Source: Acidobacteriota bacterium
GTDB taxonomy: Bacteria > Acidobacteriota > Vicinamibacteria > Vicinamibacterales > SCN-69-37
DNA length: 64,000 bases
Direction of reading: 5' to 3'
Assembly: GCA_044507065.1 (NCBI GenBank)
Contig: JBIQJY010000004.1
Span: forward strand, 44,205 to 108,204
The notes under the pieces were generated by a model. That model searched no databases and was not told the DNA's origin. It saw only the letters and a program-made list of their open reading frames with translations. The position numbers were made by a program, and so were the translations under genes. The first letter of the stretch is position 1. Every line of letters starts with the position of its first letter. This document shows positions 9,549 to 18,209 of the stretch, in pieces.

Positions 9549-10661
9549 ATGGGCCGATATAAGTTCGCTGTCGTGAGCGGCGTGTGTCTGTCAGCCGCAC
9601 TCGCGGCCTGCAGCAACAGCCCCAAGAGTCCGGTCAGTCCCGATACGAGCGCGCCGGTTGTCGAAGCCGTCGGGCCGAACGGCGAAACGCTGAAGATCGC
9701 GGCGCCCGCCACGCTCTCGCCCGCGGGTGGCGTGCAGGCCGATGCGGCCCTGGTGCTCGTCGCCGGCAACGTCACCGGCACGCACGCGGCCTTCCCGGTC
9801 TCCTACCGCTATGAAGTGCGCAAGCCTGGCGGGGCCGTCGTGGCCACGGGTATCGTGCCGGCGGCGGCCGGCAACAGCACCAGCATCCCGGTCGCGACCG
9901 CGCTCGATTTCGATGCGGACCACACCTGGCGCGTGCGCGCCGAGTATGCCGGCGCGGCGGGGCCCTGGTCGGGCGACGCGGCATTCCGGTCGGGCGCTGG
10001 CGGCTACATCAGGGGCAGCGAGGTGTTCGACCCGCTGACCACGGGCATGACGGCCGGCGTCGCCAATGGTCCGGTCACCTTCATTCCCGGCGTGGGGATC
10101 CGGCTCGACACCAACGGGTCGTATGTGGCCTACGAACTGCCCGTCACCCTGCAGGAGGGCGAGTTCTCCTTCATGGCCACAAACGTTGACGAGGGGAACC
10201 CGGGTGACAAGTCCAAGGTCATGTCGATGGCCGAGGGGTTTGGCGACGTGACCGACAACGACTACCGCCAGACGCTCGAGGTGCGCGGCCGCGACTATCA
10301 GGGAGCGCCGGGCACGATCTCCTATCGCATCATCACGGGAGATTCGCGTGAGGAGATGCACCGGATCTCAGACGCGCCCCGCGTGGGACACACCTGGACG
10401 CGCAGCGACTGGTACTTCTTCAAGATGTGGTGGCGGACGGGCCAGGCCGGCTACGAGGTCCGCGAGGGTTCACCGCGTGGCCCCATCGTCGCGTCGCATA
10501 CCCTTGGCACGTCAGGCCATCCGTACCGTCCGGTGCCGCACGTGGTGTACCTCGGCGCGCCCAACACGCGCGCCGGGTTCCTCAACGCCACACACGGCGG
10601 CATGACGGTCAAGAACGTGTGGGTGTCGGGCAGCCCGCGGCCGGCGTTCCCCGGCGAGTAG
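9549..10661 (+). CDS. Lipoprotein of unknown function: one FN3-like module plus a beta-rich C-terminal domain (possibly lectin/LamG-like)
   Basis: Lipobox (LSAALAAC). Shares the module signature HTWRVRAEYAGAAGPWSGDAAF with the upstream lipoprotein. The C-terminal roughly 210 aa is different and rich in aromatic and Gly residues. GGAG lies 8 nt upstream of the ATG. Confidence 0.7.
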   Translation: MGRYKFAVVSGVCLSAALAACSNSPKSPVSPDTSAPVVEAVGPNGETLKIAAPATLSPAGGVQADAALVLVAGNVTGTHAAFPVSYRYEVRKPGGAVVATGIVPAAAGNSTSIPVATALDFDADHTWRVRAEYAGAAGPWSGDAAFRSGAGGYIRGSEVFDPLTTGMTAGVANGPVTFIPGVGIRLDTNGSYVAYELPVTLQEGEFSFMATNVDEGNPGDKSKVMSMAEGFGDVTDNDYRQTLEVRGRDYQGAPGTISYRIITGDSREEMHRISDAPRVGHTWTRSDWYFFKMWWRTGQAGYEVREGSPRGPIVASHTLGTSGHPYRPVPHVVYLGAPNTRAGFLNATHGGMTVKNVWVSGSPRPAFPGE

Positions 10662-10687
10662 CCAGAACCACCGCCTCAGAGAAAAGG

Positions 10688-10728
10688 AACGGGCGCAGCA
10701 ACCGAGGTTGCTGCGCCCGTTGTCGTTT
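10688..10728. terminator. Bidirectional intrinsic terminator between lipoprotein B (+) and the OM beta-barrel gene (-)
   Basis: 14-bp stem AACGGGCGCAGCAA / TTGCTGCGCCCGTT. It is flanked by GTCGTTTCC on the + strand and TTCCTTTTCTC on the - strand. Confidence 0.6.
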
Positions 10729-10794
10729 CCGGAGGTATCGCGCCCCACAGGCGATGGCTGCGGGGCGACAGTACGAGGCGGGAGCCTCGAGCCC

Positions 10795-11520
10795 TCAGAA
10801 CTTGAAGCGGACGCCTCCGCCGAGCTGGAAGCCGCCCGCCGTCACGTCACTGCCGCCCTGAACCTCGCCGCTCGCCCGCTGGAACCGCGCGAATCCACCA
10901 ACACCCACGGTTTCGGTGAGCATGTAGCGGACGTCGACGCCCAGTTGGATGCCGAAGAAGGACTTGGTGATCGAATCGAGCGTGAGGGTCACGTCGGGCC
11001 CCGTCGCACCTTCCGAGACGGCCACGGCCGCCGGCGCGTCGACGTTGACCCAGGCAACGGCCGGACCGGCCAGCACCGTCACGTCGAGCTGTTCGCCGGC
11101 CGGCACGACCCACGCCGCCAGGAAGCCCAGCCAGCGCTCGGAGTACCCCATGTCGGCGATCGTGTCGGTCACCGCGCGAGGCCGGTCGAAGAAGATCGGG
11201 TCGGGAATCGAGGCCGTCAGCGTGCCGTCACCGCTCGACGACCGGGTGGAAAAGCTGATCGCGCCGCCGAGATTCTCGCGAATCATCAGCCCGCCGGTGA
11301 TGTCGAAGACGCCGCCCGCGCCGGCGCTGCGCGAGGTTGCCACTGCCGCTGGCTCGTCGTAGATCGTCGGCGCCAGCGAGAGGTCGATGTCGGTCGAACC
11401 GGCATGAACGCCGGCACTCACGTTGACGAAGATGCTGCCGTCCCAGGTCGTCTGGGCCGATGCGTTCATGGCCGTTGCCAGCAGGACGGTCCCCGCCAGG
11501 GCCGCGATACGTGTGCTCAT
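10795..11520 (-). CDS. Small outer-membrane beta-barrel protein
   Basis: Start at MSTRIAALAGTVLLATAMNASAQT (signal peptide, AxA cleavage site). Alternating amphipathic strands. C-terminal ...GGGVRFKF with terminal Phe, the OMP signature. Confidence 0.7.
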   Translation of the reverse strand: MSTRIAALAGTVLLATAMNASAQTTWDGSIFVNVSAGVHAGSTDIDLSLAPTIYDEPAAVATSRSAGAGGVFDITGGLMIRENLGGAISFSTRSSSGDGTLTASIPDPIFFDRPRAVTDTIADMGYSERWLGFLAAWVVPAGEQLDVTVLAGPAVAWVNVDAPAAVAVSEGATGPDVTLTLDSITKSFFGIQLGVDVRYMLTETVGVGGFARFQRASGEVQGGSDVTAGGFQLGGGVRFKF

Positions 11521-11673
11521 TACTATGATTCCCTCGCTGCGGGGCCACGCGGCGGCCGTTGCCGTTTGGCCCGGTTGAAGCCGGATCGCTGGGGACGGTC
11601 CGGAAAGATCGGCCACATGCCGTGCGAAATCATACACGATCTATCTGGCCGTAACTTGCTGTCTTTTCAGCGG

Positions 11674-11702
11674 TTGACCGCTTGGGCACCGGGGGCTATC
11701 AT
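11674..11702 (+). promoter_or_regulatory. Putative sigma-70-type promoter for the radical SAM operon
   Basis: TTGACC, 17-nt spacer, TATCAT. It ends 14 nt before ATG 11717, which implies a very short leader. Confidence 0.4.
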
Positions 11703-11716
11703 CGAACGACGGCCTG

Positions 11717-12880
11717 ATGTCCACCGATACCTTCCGTCTACGCTACCTCGCAAAATCCGTTGCTGGAGTTCCGCGCGACCTCGTGCAATCGGCCGCCTCG
11801 CACGTCACGGCCATCCGGCCCACCGTGTTCATCTTCAACTGCACCTGGGTGTGCGACGCGAAGTGCACGATGTGCAACAACTGGAAGTGGGGCAACCGGA
11901 AGGAAGACATCACGCTGGATCAGCTCGATCGCGTGATGGACAACGGCGACTTCTGGCACGCCGTCGAGAACCTCAACATCTCCGGCGGCGAGCCGACGAC
12001 GCGCCTCGATCTGCCCGAGATGGTCGAGCTGTTTCATCGCCGGCTGCCCCGCATGCGCAAGCTCGGCATCAACACCACGGGCCTCACCCCCAAGCGCGCC
12101 ATCCCGATGCTCACCCGCATCGTCGACTACTGCGGCGAGCACAACCTGCTCATCAGCATCCGCGTATCGATAGACGGCGTGGGCGACGTGCACGACCAGG
12201 TGCGCAACGTGAAGCTCGGTTTCGACAGGGCCTCGGTCACCATCGAGGCGATGCAGGAACTGGCGGCGCGGTCCCCGCACTTCCAGTTCGGCGTGGCGTC
12301 GACCATCTTCGCGAAGAACCTCGACGATGCGAAGAACATCCACGCGTGGGCGCGGTCGAAGAATATCGACATCGTCTTCAACATGCTGCGGTTCACCGAC
12401 AACATGCTGCACAACCGCGATCTGGAAGCGACCGTCGGGTTCAAGACGCGCGAAGAGGAATTCATGCGCGAGTTCTTCCTCGACCGCGTCGCCGAGGAAT
12501 CGATCCTGAGCGGCCAGGCATTCATGTATCTCCACTACGCCGAGATGATCGCCAACGGGTACCACCGGACGATGCCGTGCCCGTTCCAGCGGCAGGGCCT
12601 GCTGCTCAACCCGAACGGCGACCTCTACTACTGTGAGAACTCGAAGAAACTGGGCAACGCGATCGAGACGCCGCCGAGCGAGCTGTACTTCGGCGCCGGG
12701 AACCTGACCGACCGCGAGGCGCTCAAGCGCGACACCTGTCCGACCTGCCTCAGCCCCTGCCAGGTCAACGTGGGCGCGATGAAGCAGGTCGTGCCCTACG
12801 TCAAGTTCCTGTCGCGTGCCAGGCGCGTGAAACACGAACGCCTGCGGCGACTCCACGAGCAGCCAGACCCGGTACGCTGA
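11717..12880 (+). CDS. Radical SAM enzyme with SPASM/twitch-like C-terminal Cys cluster
   Basis: CX3CX2C in FNCTWVCDAKCTMCNNW, and GGEP (ISGGEPT). C-terminal C-X12-G-X4-C (CPFQRQGLLLNPNGDLYYC) plus CPTCLSPC. Confidence 0.85.
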   Translation: MSTDTFRLRYLAKSVAGVPRDLVQSAASHVTAIRPTVFIFNCTWVCDAKCTMCNNWKWGNRKEDITLDQLDRVMDNGDFWHAVENLNISGGEPTTRLDLPEMVELFHRRLPRMRKLGINTTGLTPKRAIPMLTRIVDYCGEHNLLISIRVSIDGVGDVHDQVRNVKLGFDRASVTIEAMQELAARSPHFQFGVASTIFAKNLDDAKNIHAWARSKNIDIVFNMLRFTDNMLHNRDLEATVGFKTREEEFMREFFLDRVAEESILSGQAFMYLHYAEMIANGYHRTMPCPFQRQGLLLNPNGDLYYCENSKKLGNAIETPPSELYFGAGNLTDREALKRDTCPTCLSPCQVNVGAMKQVVPYVKFLSRARRVKHERLRRLHEQPDPVR

Positions 12881-12890
12881 CGCGCGGCCC

Positions 12891-13835
12891 GTGTCCCGGC
12901 GCTTGTCCACCCTCCTCCGCCTCGTCGTTGCGATCGGCATCGCGGCCTTTGTCCTGCACCAATCGAACCCCGCGGACGCCTTCACGGCGCTCCGGCAGGT
13001 CTCGCCGGCATGGCTTGGCGGCGCGGCGGTTCTCGTCATCGCGGATCGCGCACTGATGGCGTATCGCTGGATGGCGCTGTTGGGATCGGGCGACCGTCCA
13101 CCGTTCGGCCGCATGCTGCGCATCTTCTTCGAGAGCAGCTTCGTCGGCGCGTTCCTTCCGAGTGTTGGAGGCGACGTGGCGCGCGCGTGGAAGCTTGCGC
13201 ACGACGGCGTGTCGGGATCGCGCTCGGTGGCGTCGGTGCTGATGGACCGCCTGCTGGGCGTCATTTCGATCCTGATGAGCGGCGCCGTCGGTATCGCGCT
13301 CGCTCCCGCGGTGTTCGACCGCTCCGTCCTGATCGTGTCGGTCGGGCTGCTGTCGCTGGCCTGCGCGGCGGCACTGCTGCTCGTCTTCAGCCGGACGGCC
13401 GATCGCCTCGCGAAGGCCTCCCTGGTGTGGGTGCCCTCGGCCTGGGTGGCTCGCTCGCTGCACCGCCTGCTGGATGCACTTCAGGCGTATCGCCATCAGT
13501 CGCGTGCGCTGGTGCTGGTGCTTGGCGCTTCGGTTGTCGTTCAGGTGCTGCGGGTCGCGCAGGCCTGGATGCTCGGCCGCGGTCTCGCGATGACGGTCCC
13601 CTTCGAGGTCTACCTCGCCTACATTCCGATCATCCTGCTGGTGATGATGCTGCCCATCACGGTGAGCGGCATCGGCACGGGCAATCTGGCGTTCGTCTTC
13701 CTGTTCACCCAGGCCGGCGTCCCGGCGTCGTCGGCCTTCGCCCTGTCGGTGCTGTTCCTGCTGCTTGGCGTGGCCGGCATGCTTCCCGGCGGCGTGCTGT
13801 ATGCGCTGCCGCGGCGAGCGGTCGAGACGCGCTGA
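12891..13835 (+). CDS. UPF0104 / MprF-flippase-like membrane protein, paralogue 2
   Basis: GTG start 10 nt after the radical SAM stop. LLRLVVAIGIAAFVLHQ...YRWMALLG...SFVGAFLPSVGGDVARAWKL matches the family signature seen in paralogues 1 and 3. Confidence 0.75.
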   Translation: MSRRLSTLLRLVVAIGIAAFVLHQSNPADAFTALRQVSPAWLGGAAVLVIADRALMAYRWMALLGSGDRPPFGRMLRIFFESSFVGAFLPSVGGDVARAWKLAHDGVSGSRSVASVLMDRLLGVISILMSGAVGIALAPAVFDRSVLIVSVGLLSLACAAALLLVFSRTADRLAKASLVWVPSAWVARSLHRLLDALQAYRHQSRALVLVLGASVVVQVLRVAQAWMLGRGLAMTVPFEVYLAYIPIILLVMMLPITVSGIGTGNLAFVFLFTQAGVPASSAFALSVLFLLLGVAGMLPGGVLYALPRRAVETR

Positions 13836-13845
13836 CGCGTTCGAG

Positions 13846-14862
13846 CTACGGGCGCCGGGAGAAGGGCCAGGTCGGGGACGCCAGTCTGGCCGGGTCGGCG
13901 GGAGCCGCCGCCTCGAAGTGGTTCTTGATGACATCGAGGAACACGTCCGCCAGGAACTCGTAGCCGGCGGGGGTCGGGTGCAGCCCGTCCTGGCCGATGA
14001 ACAGCTCCTTCATCGGATCGACGGCATGGAACGTGTCGACCAGCACGGCCCCCTCCGCACTCGCCCACGATCGGATCTCGTCGTTCAAGGCGTCCACGCG
14101 GTCAGGATCCGGCGGTTTGATGCGTCCTTGGACGCCGGGGAGCAGCGTCGAGACCATCACCAGGGGCACGTTGGCACGCACAGCGCGCCGCACGGCGCTG
14201 CGGAGCACGTCGCCCACGAGTTCCGGGTCCTTCGTACCGATGTCGTTGACACCCTCGAGCACGATCAGCATGTCGGGCCGGTGGCGCTCGACGAGTCGCT
14301 CGAGCCGGTCCTCCCCTTCCCCGGTCAACAGCTCGCCGGGCTGTCCTTCATTGATGACCTCGACCGTCTGCGCGGCATAACGTGCGCGAAGCTTGTCCTG
14401 CAGGAGTGCTGGATAACTTCCGGCCGGTCCGGCCGACCGCACGCGATTGGGCGCCGGCTGCGAGACAACGCCCCACGTGATGCTGTCACCAAAGGCCAGC
14501 ACCCGGGTGCCGCGGAGCCGCGGCACGCGCGTCACGCTGACGCGGAACGTGCACGAAGCCGTTCGCGAGGCACTGTCGGTGGCGGTGCACGTGACGGTCG
14601 TGTCCCCCAGCACGAACGGGCTGCCGGATGGCGCCACGCACGCGACGGCAACAGGCGCCGCGCCGCCCACGGCCTGCGCCAGCGGGTAGTTCACCGGCAC
14701 CTCCGTACCTTCGATCAGCTGTGCCTGGACATCGGCCGGGCACTGCACCGTTGGCGCCCCGCCGCCCGGCGGGGGTGTCGGCCCCGAGGGGCTCGAACAT
14801 GCGATGGTCAGCGCGAGCGTAGCGGCCGACAGTAGCAGTCGAATGAATGAGGAGTGCGGCAC
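13846..14862 (-). CDS. Lipoprotein with N-terminal HYR (hyalin-repeat, Ig-like) domain fused to an SGNH/GDSL hydrolase
   Basis: Lipobox LALTIAC. HYR pattern CPADV...VACVAPSGSPFVLGDTTVTCTATDSASRTASCTFRVSV. SGNH block I VLAFGDSITWG and block V (DGLHPTPAGY). Confidence 0.8.
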   Translation of the reverse strand: MPHSSFIRLLLSAATLALTIACSSPSGPTPPPGGGAPTVQCPADVQAQLIEGTEVPVNYPLAQAVGGAAPVAVACVAPSGSPFVLGDTTVTCTATDSASRTASCTFRVSVTRVPRLRGTRVLAFGDSITWGVVSQPAPNRVRSAGPAGSYPALLQDKLRARYAAQTVEVINEGQPGELLTGEGEDRLERLVERHRPDMLIVLEGVNDIGTKDPELVGDVLRSAVRRAVRANVPLVMVSTLLPGVQGRIKPPDPDRVDALNDEIRSWASAEGAVLVDTFHAVDPMKELFIGQDGLHPTPAGYEFLADVFLDVIKNHFEAAAPADPARLASPTWPFSRRP

Positions 14863-14941
14863 GGTGCTGGGAGAAAACGTCAGGCGCGGCGCCGCGGTCG
14901 CAGCGGTTGGCCATCAGGATATTCGGCGGATTCGCGCGTGG

Positions 14942-15967
14942 TCAAGACTCGCGACCGGCGACTCCCGCCGCCGAGTGCCGGGCCGGGAAGGCCTGTGCAG
15001 TTCGCGGTGGTTCGGCGGCGTCGAGGATCTGGCGGACCGCGTATACCGGTTTGTCCTGCGATTCGTGATACGTCCGCGACTGCAACTCGGCCAGCAGCCC
15101 GACGGTCACGAGTTGGACGCCCGTGAACACGAGCAGGATGCCAAGCAATACGAACGGCAGCCGCTCGGTGAGGGCCACGTAGCCCGCCAGCTTGACGTAC
15201 GCCAGGTACCCCAGGATGACAGCACCGGTGAGGCCCATCGCGCCGCCGATCAGGCCGAACATCTGGAGCGGACGCGTCGAGTAGCTGAGCAGGAACTTGA
15301 CGGTAATCAGATCGAGGATGACGCGAATCGTCCGCGAGATGCCGTACTTCGATCGACCGTGGACGCGCGCGCGGTGATTGACCGGCTGCTCGCCGATGCG
15401 CACGCCCATTTCGCTCGCCAGGGCCGGCAGGAACCGATGGAGTTCGCCGTAGAGGCGAAGCGGCTTGACGACCTCGGCGCGGAAGATCTTCAGGGAGCAG
15501 CCGTAGTCGTTCAACTTCACGCCGGTCGCCCAGGAAATGAGGCGATTGGCGATCTGCGACGGGAGGCGCCGATTGAGCCAGGCGTCCTTGCGATCCTTTC
15601 GCCAGCCGCACACGATGTCGAGCGCCTCGCGCTCGAGCCGCTCGACCATCGCCGGCACGTCGCGCGGGTCGTTCTGCAGATCGCCGTCCGACGTTGCGAT
15701 GAGTGCACCGCGCGCCGCAGCGAAGCCGGCGGCAAACGCGGCGGTCTGGCCAAAATTCCGGCGGAACTGGATCACCCGCACGTGCGGATCGCGTGCGTGG
15801 AGTGCCGCCATGGCCGCAAACGACCCGTCAGTGCTCCCGTCGTCGACCAGGATCAATTCGTACGGACGGCCCCATGCCGACAGCACGTCGGTGAACTCGC
15901 GATGGAGCGCCTCGAGGTTCCGTTCCTCGTTGTAGACGGGAATGACGACCGAAAGATGGGGGGTCAC
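14942..15967 (-). CDS. GT2 polyprenyl-phosphate glycosyltransferase (ArnC/GtrB/DPM1-like)
   Basis: LSVVIPVYNEERNL, LILVDDGSTDGS and DGDLQNDP motifs, plus two C-terminal TM helices typical of ArnC/GtrB. Confidence 0.9.
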   Translation of the reverse strand: MTPHLSVVIPVYNEERNLEALHREFTDVLSAWGRPYELILVDDGSTDGSFAAMAALHARDPHVRVIQFRRNFGQTAAFAAGFAAARGALIATSDGDLQNDPRDVPAMVERLEREALDIVCGWRKDRKDAWLNRRLPSQIANRLISWATGVKLNDYGCSLKIFRAEVVKPLRLYGELHRFLPALASEMGVRIGEQPVNHRARVHGRSKYGISRTIRVILDLITVKFLLSYSTRPLQMFGLIGGAMGLTGAVILGYLAYVKLAGYVALTERLPFVLLGILLVFTGVQLVTVGLLAELQSRTYHESQDKPVYAVRQILDAAEPPRTAQAFPARHSAAGVAGRES

Positions 15968-16016
15968 GGCAACGGCCCCTATTCTACGGCCTGGATTGCG
16001 CCGGCGTCTCGCGGAC

Positions 16017-16628
16017 TCATGCCGCTCGCTGGCGACGCCACAGCATCAGGCCCAGTCCGCCCACCACGAGGCCGACGGCGAGCCACATGAGCACGACGGG
16101 CAGATTGTCGCGGATGAAGGCCGTGGCGCGCACGCCGTACACGTAGGTCAGCCAGGCTTCGCCGCCATAGCGGAGCCCGCGCCCGACGGCCACGGCGACG
16201 ATGAAGGTCCACGGGCGGATGTTGGCCACTCCGGCGAGCAGCACGAACAGCTTGAACGGAGTGGGCGGCGGCATGAGCGACGGCACGGTCACGGCCAGCC
16301 AGCCGTGCCGGCGAAGCAGGGCCAGGCCACGTTCGATGTGTTGCGCCTTGAACTTGCTGCGCAGGAAGGCTTCCCCGCCCTTGCGCGCCGTGAAGTACAG
16401 CGCGGCGCACCCGACAATCGAACCGCCGGTTGCCGACAGTCCATGGACGATCCAGCGCTCGGGATGCTTGAGCGTGAAGGCGACGATCAGCGCGTCGGTG
16501 ACCTGCGGCAGCGACAGGAACGACGAATCGAGCATCGCCACGAGCGCGAGCCCCGGCGCACCGAGCTGTTCGGCCCAGGGCGTGATGATGTCGACCAGGC
16601 GTTGGAGAAAGTCTGAGACGTACTGCAC
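16017..16628 (-). CDS. YqaA-like DedA-superfamily (SNARE_assoc) membrane protein
   Basis: 203 aa with 4-5 TM helices. LVAMLDSSFLSLP and GRGLRYGGEA resemble E. coli YqaA segments. Confidence 0.72.
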   Translation of the reverse strand: MQYVSDFLQRLVDIITPWAEQLGAPGLALVAMLDSSFLSLPQVTDALIVAFTLKHPERWIVHGLSATGGSIVGCAALYFTARKGGEAFLRSKFKAQHIERGLALLRRHGWLAVTVPSLMPPPTPFKLFVLLAGVANIRPWTFIVAVAVGRGLRYGGEAWLTYVYGVRATAFIRDNLPVVLMWLAVGLVVGGLGLMLWRRQRAA

Positions 16629-16649
16629 TGCGCTCGAGGGACCACTAGA

Positions 16650-18209
16650 ATGTCACCGGAAGGTTACGCGGGCATGCCTCACGACAACCGGGCAATTATA
16701 GCCGAGCCGGCCGGCCGACGGTTCGCCCTGGGGGTCTTCGTGACCGCACTGGCCATTGGTGCCGGGGCAGCCCTCTGGTACGCCCGCGCCGACCTTACCC
16801 TCAGCCACTACGATGCGCGCGCCCACCTGGTCGTCGCGCGGCGCATCGTCGACAGCCTCACGCCGGGGTGGAAGCAGATCGGTGCCGTGTGGCTGCCGCT
16901 GCCCCATCTGCTCAACATGCCGGTCGTGCAATGGGACTGGGCGTATCGCACCGGCTACCCGTCGACGGCCGTGTCCGTGCTCGCGATGTCGATCGGCCTT
17001 GGCTTGCTGTCATCGCTGCTGCTGCGGCGAACGCAATCGATCGCGGCGGCGGCGGCCGCGCCGGCCGTCATCCTGCTGAATCCCAACGTGCTCTACCTCC
17101 AGAGCACTCCGATGACCGAACCGCTGCTCATCGGCCTGTCGCTCGTCGCCATCTATCTGGCGGATCGCTGGATCGAACGCGGCGACGGCGCGAGTCTGAC
17201 GCGCGCGGGTGTGGCAATTGCCGCGCTCGCGCTCACCCGGTACGAAGGCTGGTTCGTTGCCGGGGCACTGGTCGCCATGGCGGCGTGGGGCCGGCGGCGC
17301 GACGGCATGGCGGCCCTCGCGCTCATCCCATGGCTCGGCGCGGCGATTGCCGGGTTCCTGCTGCTCAGCTGGGGCGCGACGGGCGTCTGGTTCGTGACGT
17401 CCGGATTCTTCAATCCCGAGCCCGAGACACTTGGACAACTGGTGCCCGCGGCCGCGCACGTCGCGCGGGGCGCACATCACCTGAGCGGCACCACTGTCAT
17501 CGGAGGCGGCCTCGTCGGACTGACAGCCGCCGTCATCGCGCTCGGACGCGGGCGGGTCGGCGCTGCCCTGCCGCTCGTCCTGGCGACGGCGGCGCTTCTG
17601 CCCCTCTACGCTTTCTACGAAGGACATCCGTTCCGGATCCGATACATGGTGCCAGTCGTCGTCGCCTGCGGCGCCCTGTCGGCGCTTGCCATCGCGTCAC
17701 TGCCGCGCCGGTTGCAGTGGCTTGCGGCAGCTCTGCTCGTCGGCACCGCGCTGTGGCAGGCGCCACCACTCGATGCGCGGGCGCCGATGGTCGTCGAGGC
17801 GCAGTGGGAGGCCCCCTACCGGATTGCACGCGAGGCCGTCACGCAGCATCTCGTCGAGGAGTGGGATGGCAGCCCGATCCTCGCGAGCATGGGATCACTC
17901 GGGCACTACATGCAGGAGTCGTCTCATGCCGGGTTTGCCCTGGCGGACTTCGTCCACGAGGGCAACGGCACGCTCTGGAGCACGATCCGCGAGCGGCCGG
18001 GGCGGTATGTCAACTGGATGCTGATTGAAGGACGGGCGGAAGGAGGCGACCTGTTCGCCGAACGCGCCCGTGTCGATCCGTCGCTGCTCGACGGCCTGTC
18101 ACTCGTCGCCGAAGGCGGTGGTGTCGCGCTCTACCGTCGGGTAGAGCGCGACATCGTGTTGCCATCCGGAAGCGTTGGGGTCAGAAGCGGACCAGAAAGC
18201 CGACGTTGA
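16650..18209 (+). CDS. GT-C glycosyltransferase (PMT_2/ArnT-like), third GT-C in the locus
   Basis: 519 aa and polytopic. Conserved first-loop segment SHYDARAHLVVARRIVDSLTPGWKQIGAVWLPLPHLL. C-terminal soluble domain. The start may be M9 (16674), because only 21 nt separate it from the divergent yqaA-like start. Confidence 0.7.
   Translation: MSPEGYAGMPHDNRAIIAEPAGRRFALGVFVTALAIGAGAALWYARADLTLSHYDARAHLVVARRIVDSLTPGWKQIGAVWLPLPHLLNMPVVQWDWAYRTGYPSTAVSVLAMSIGLGLLSSLLLRRTQSIAAAAAAPAVILLNPNVLYLQSTPMTEPLLIGLSLVAIYLADRWIERGDGASLTRAGVAIAALALTRYEGWFVAGALVAMAAWGRRRDGMAALALIPWLGAAIAGFLLLSWGATGVWFVTSGFFNPEPETLGQLVPAAAHVARGAHHLSGTTVIGGGLVGLTAAVIALGRGRVGAALPLVLATAALLPLYAFYEGHPFRIRYMVPVVVACGALSALAIASLPRRLQWLAAALLVGTALWQAPPLDARAPMVVEAQWEAPYRIAREAVTQHLVEEWDGSPILASMGSLGHYMQESSHAGFALADFVHEGNGTLWSTIRERPGRYVNWMLIEGRAEGGDLFAERARVDPSLLDGLSLVAEGGGVALYRRVERDIVLPSGSVGVRSGPESRR

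Noticed and set aside
10708-13264. 642-aa + ORF (10708..12636) and 508-aa - ORF (11738..13264)
   Set aside because: The first runs antisense through the OM beta-barrel gene and then out of frame through the radical SAM gene. The second is antisense to the radical SAM and UPF0104 genes. Neither has motifs, whereas the chosen frames carry the CX3CX2C, SPASM-like and signal-peptide features.
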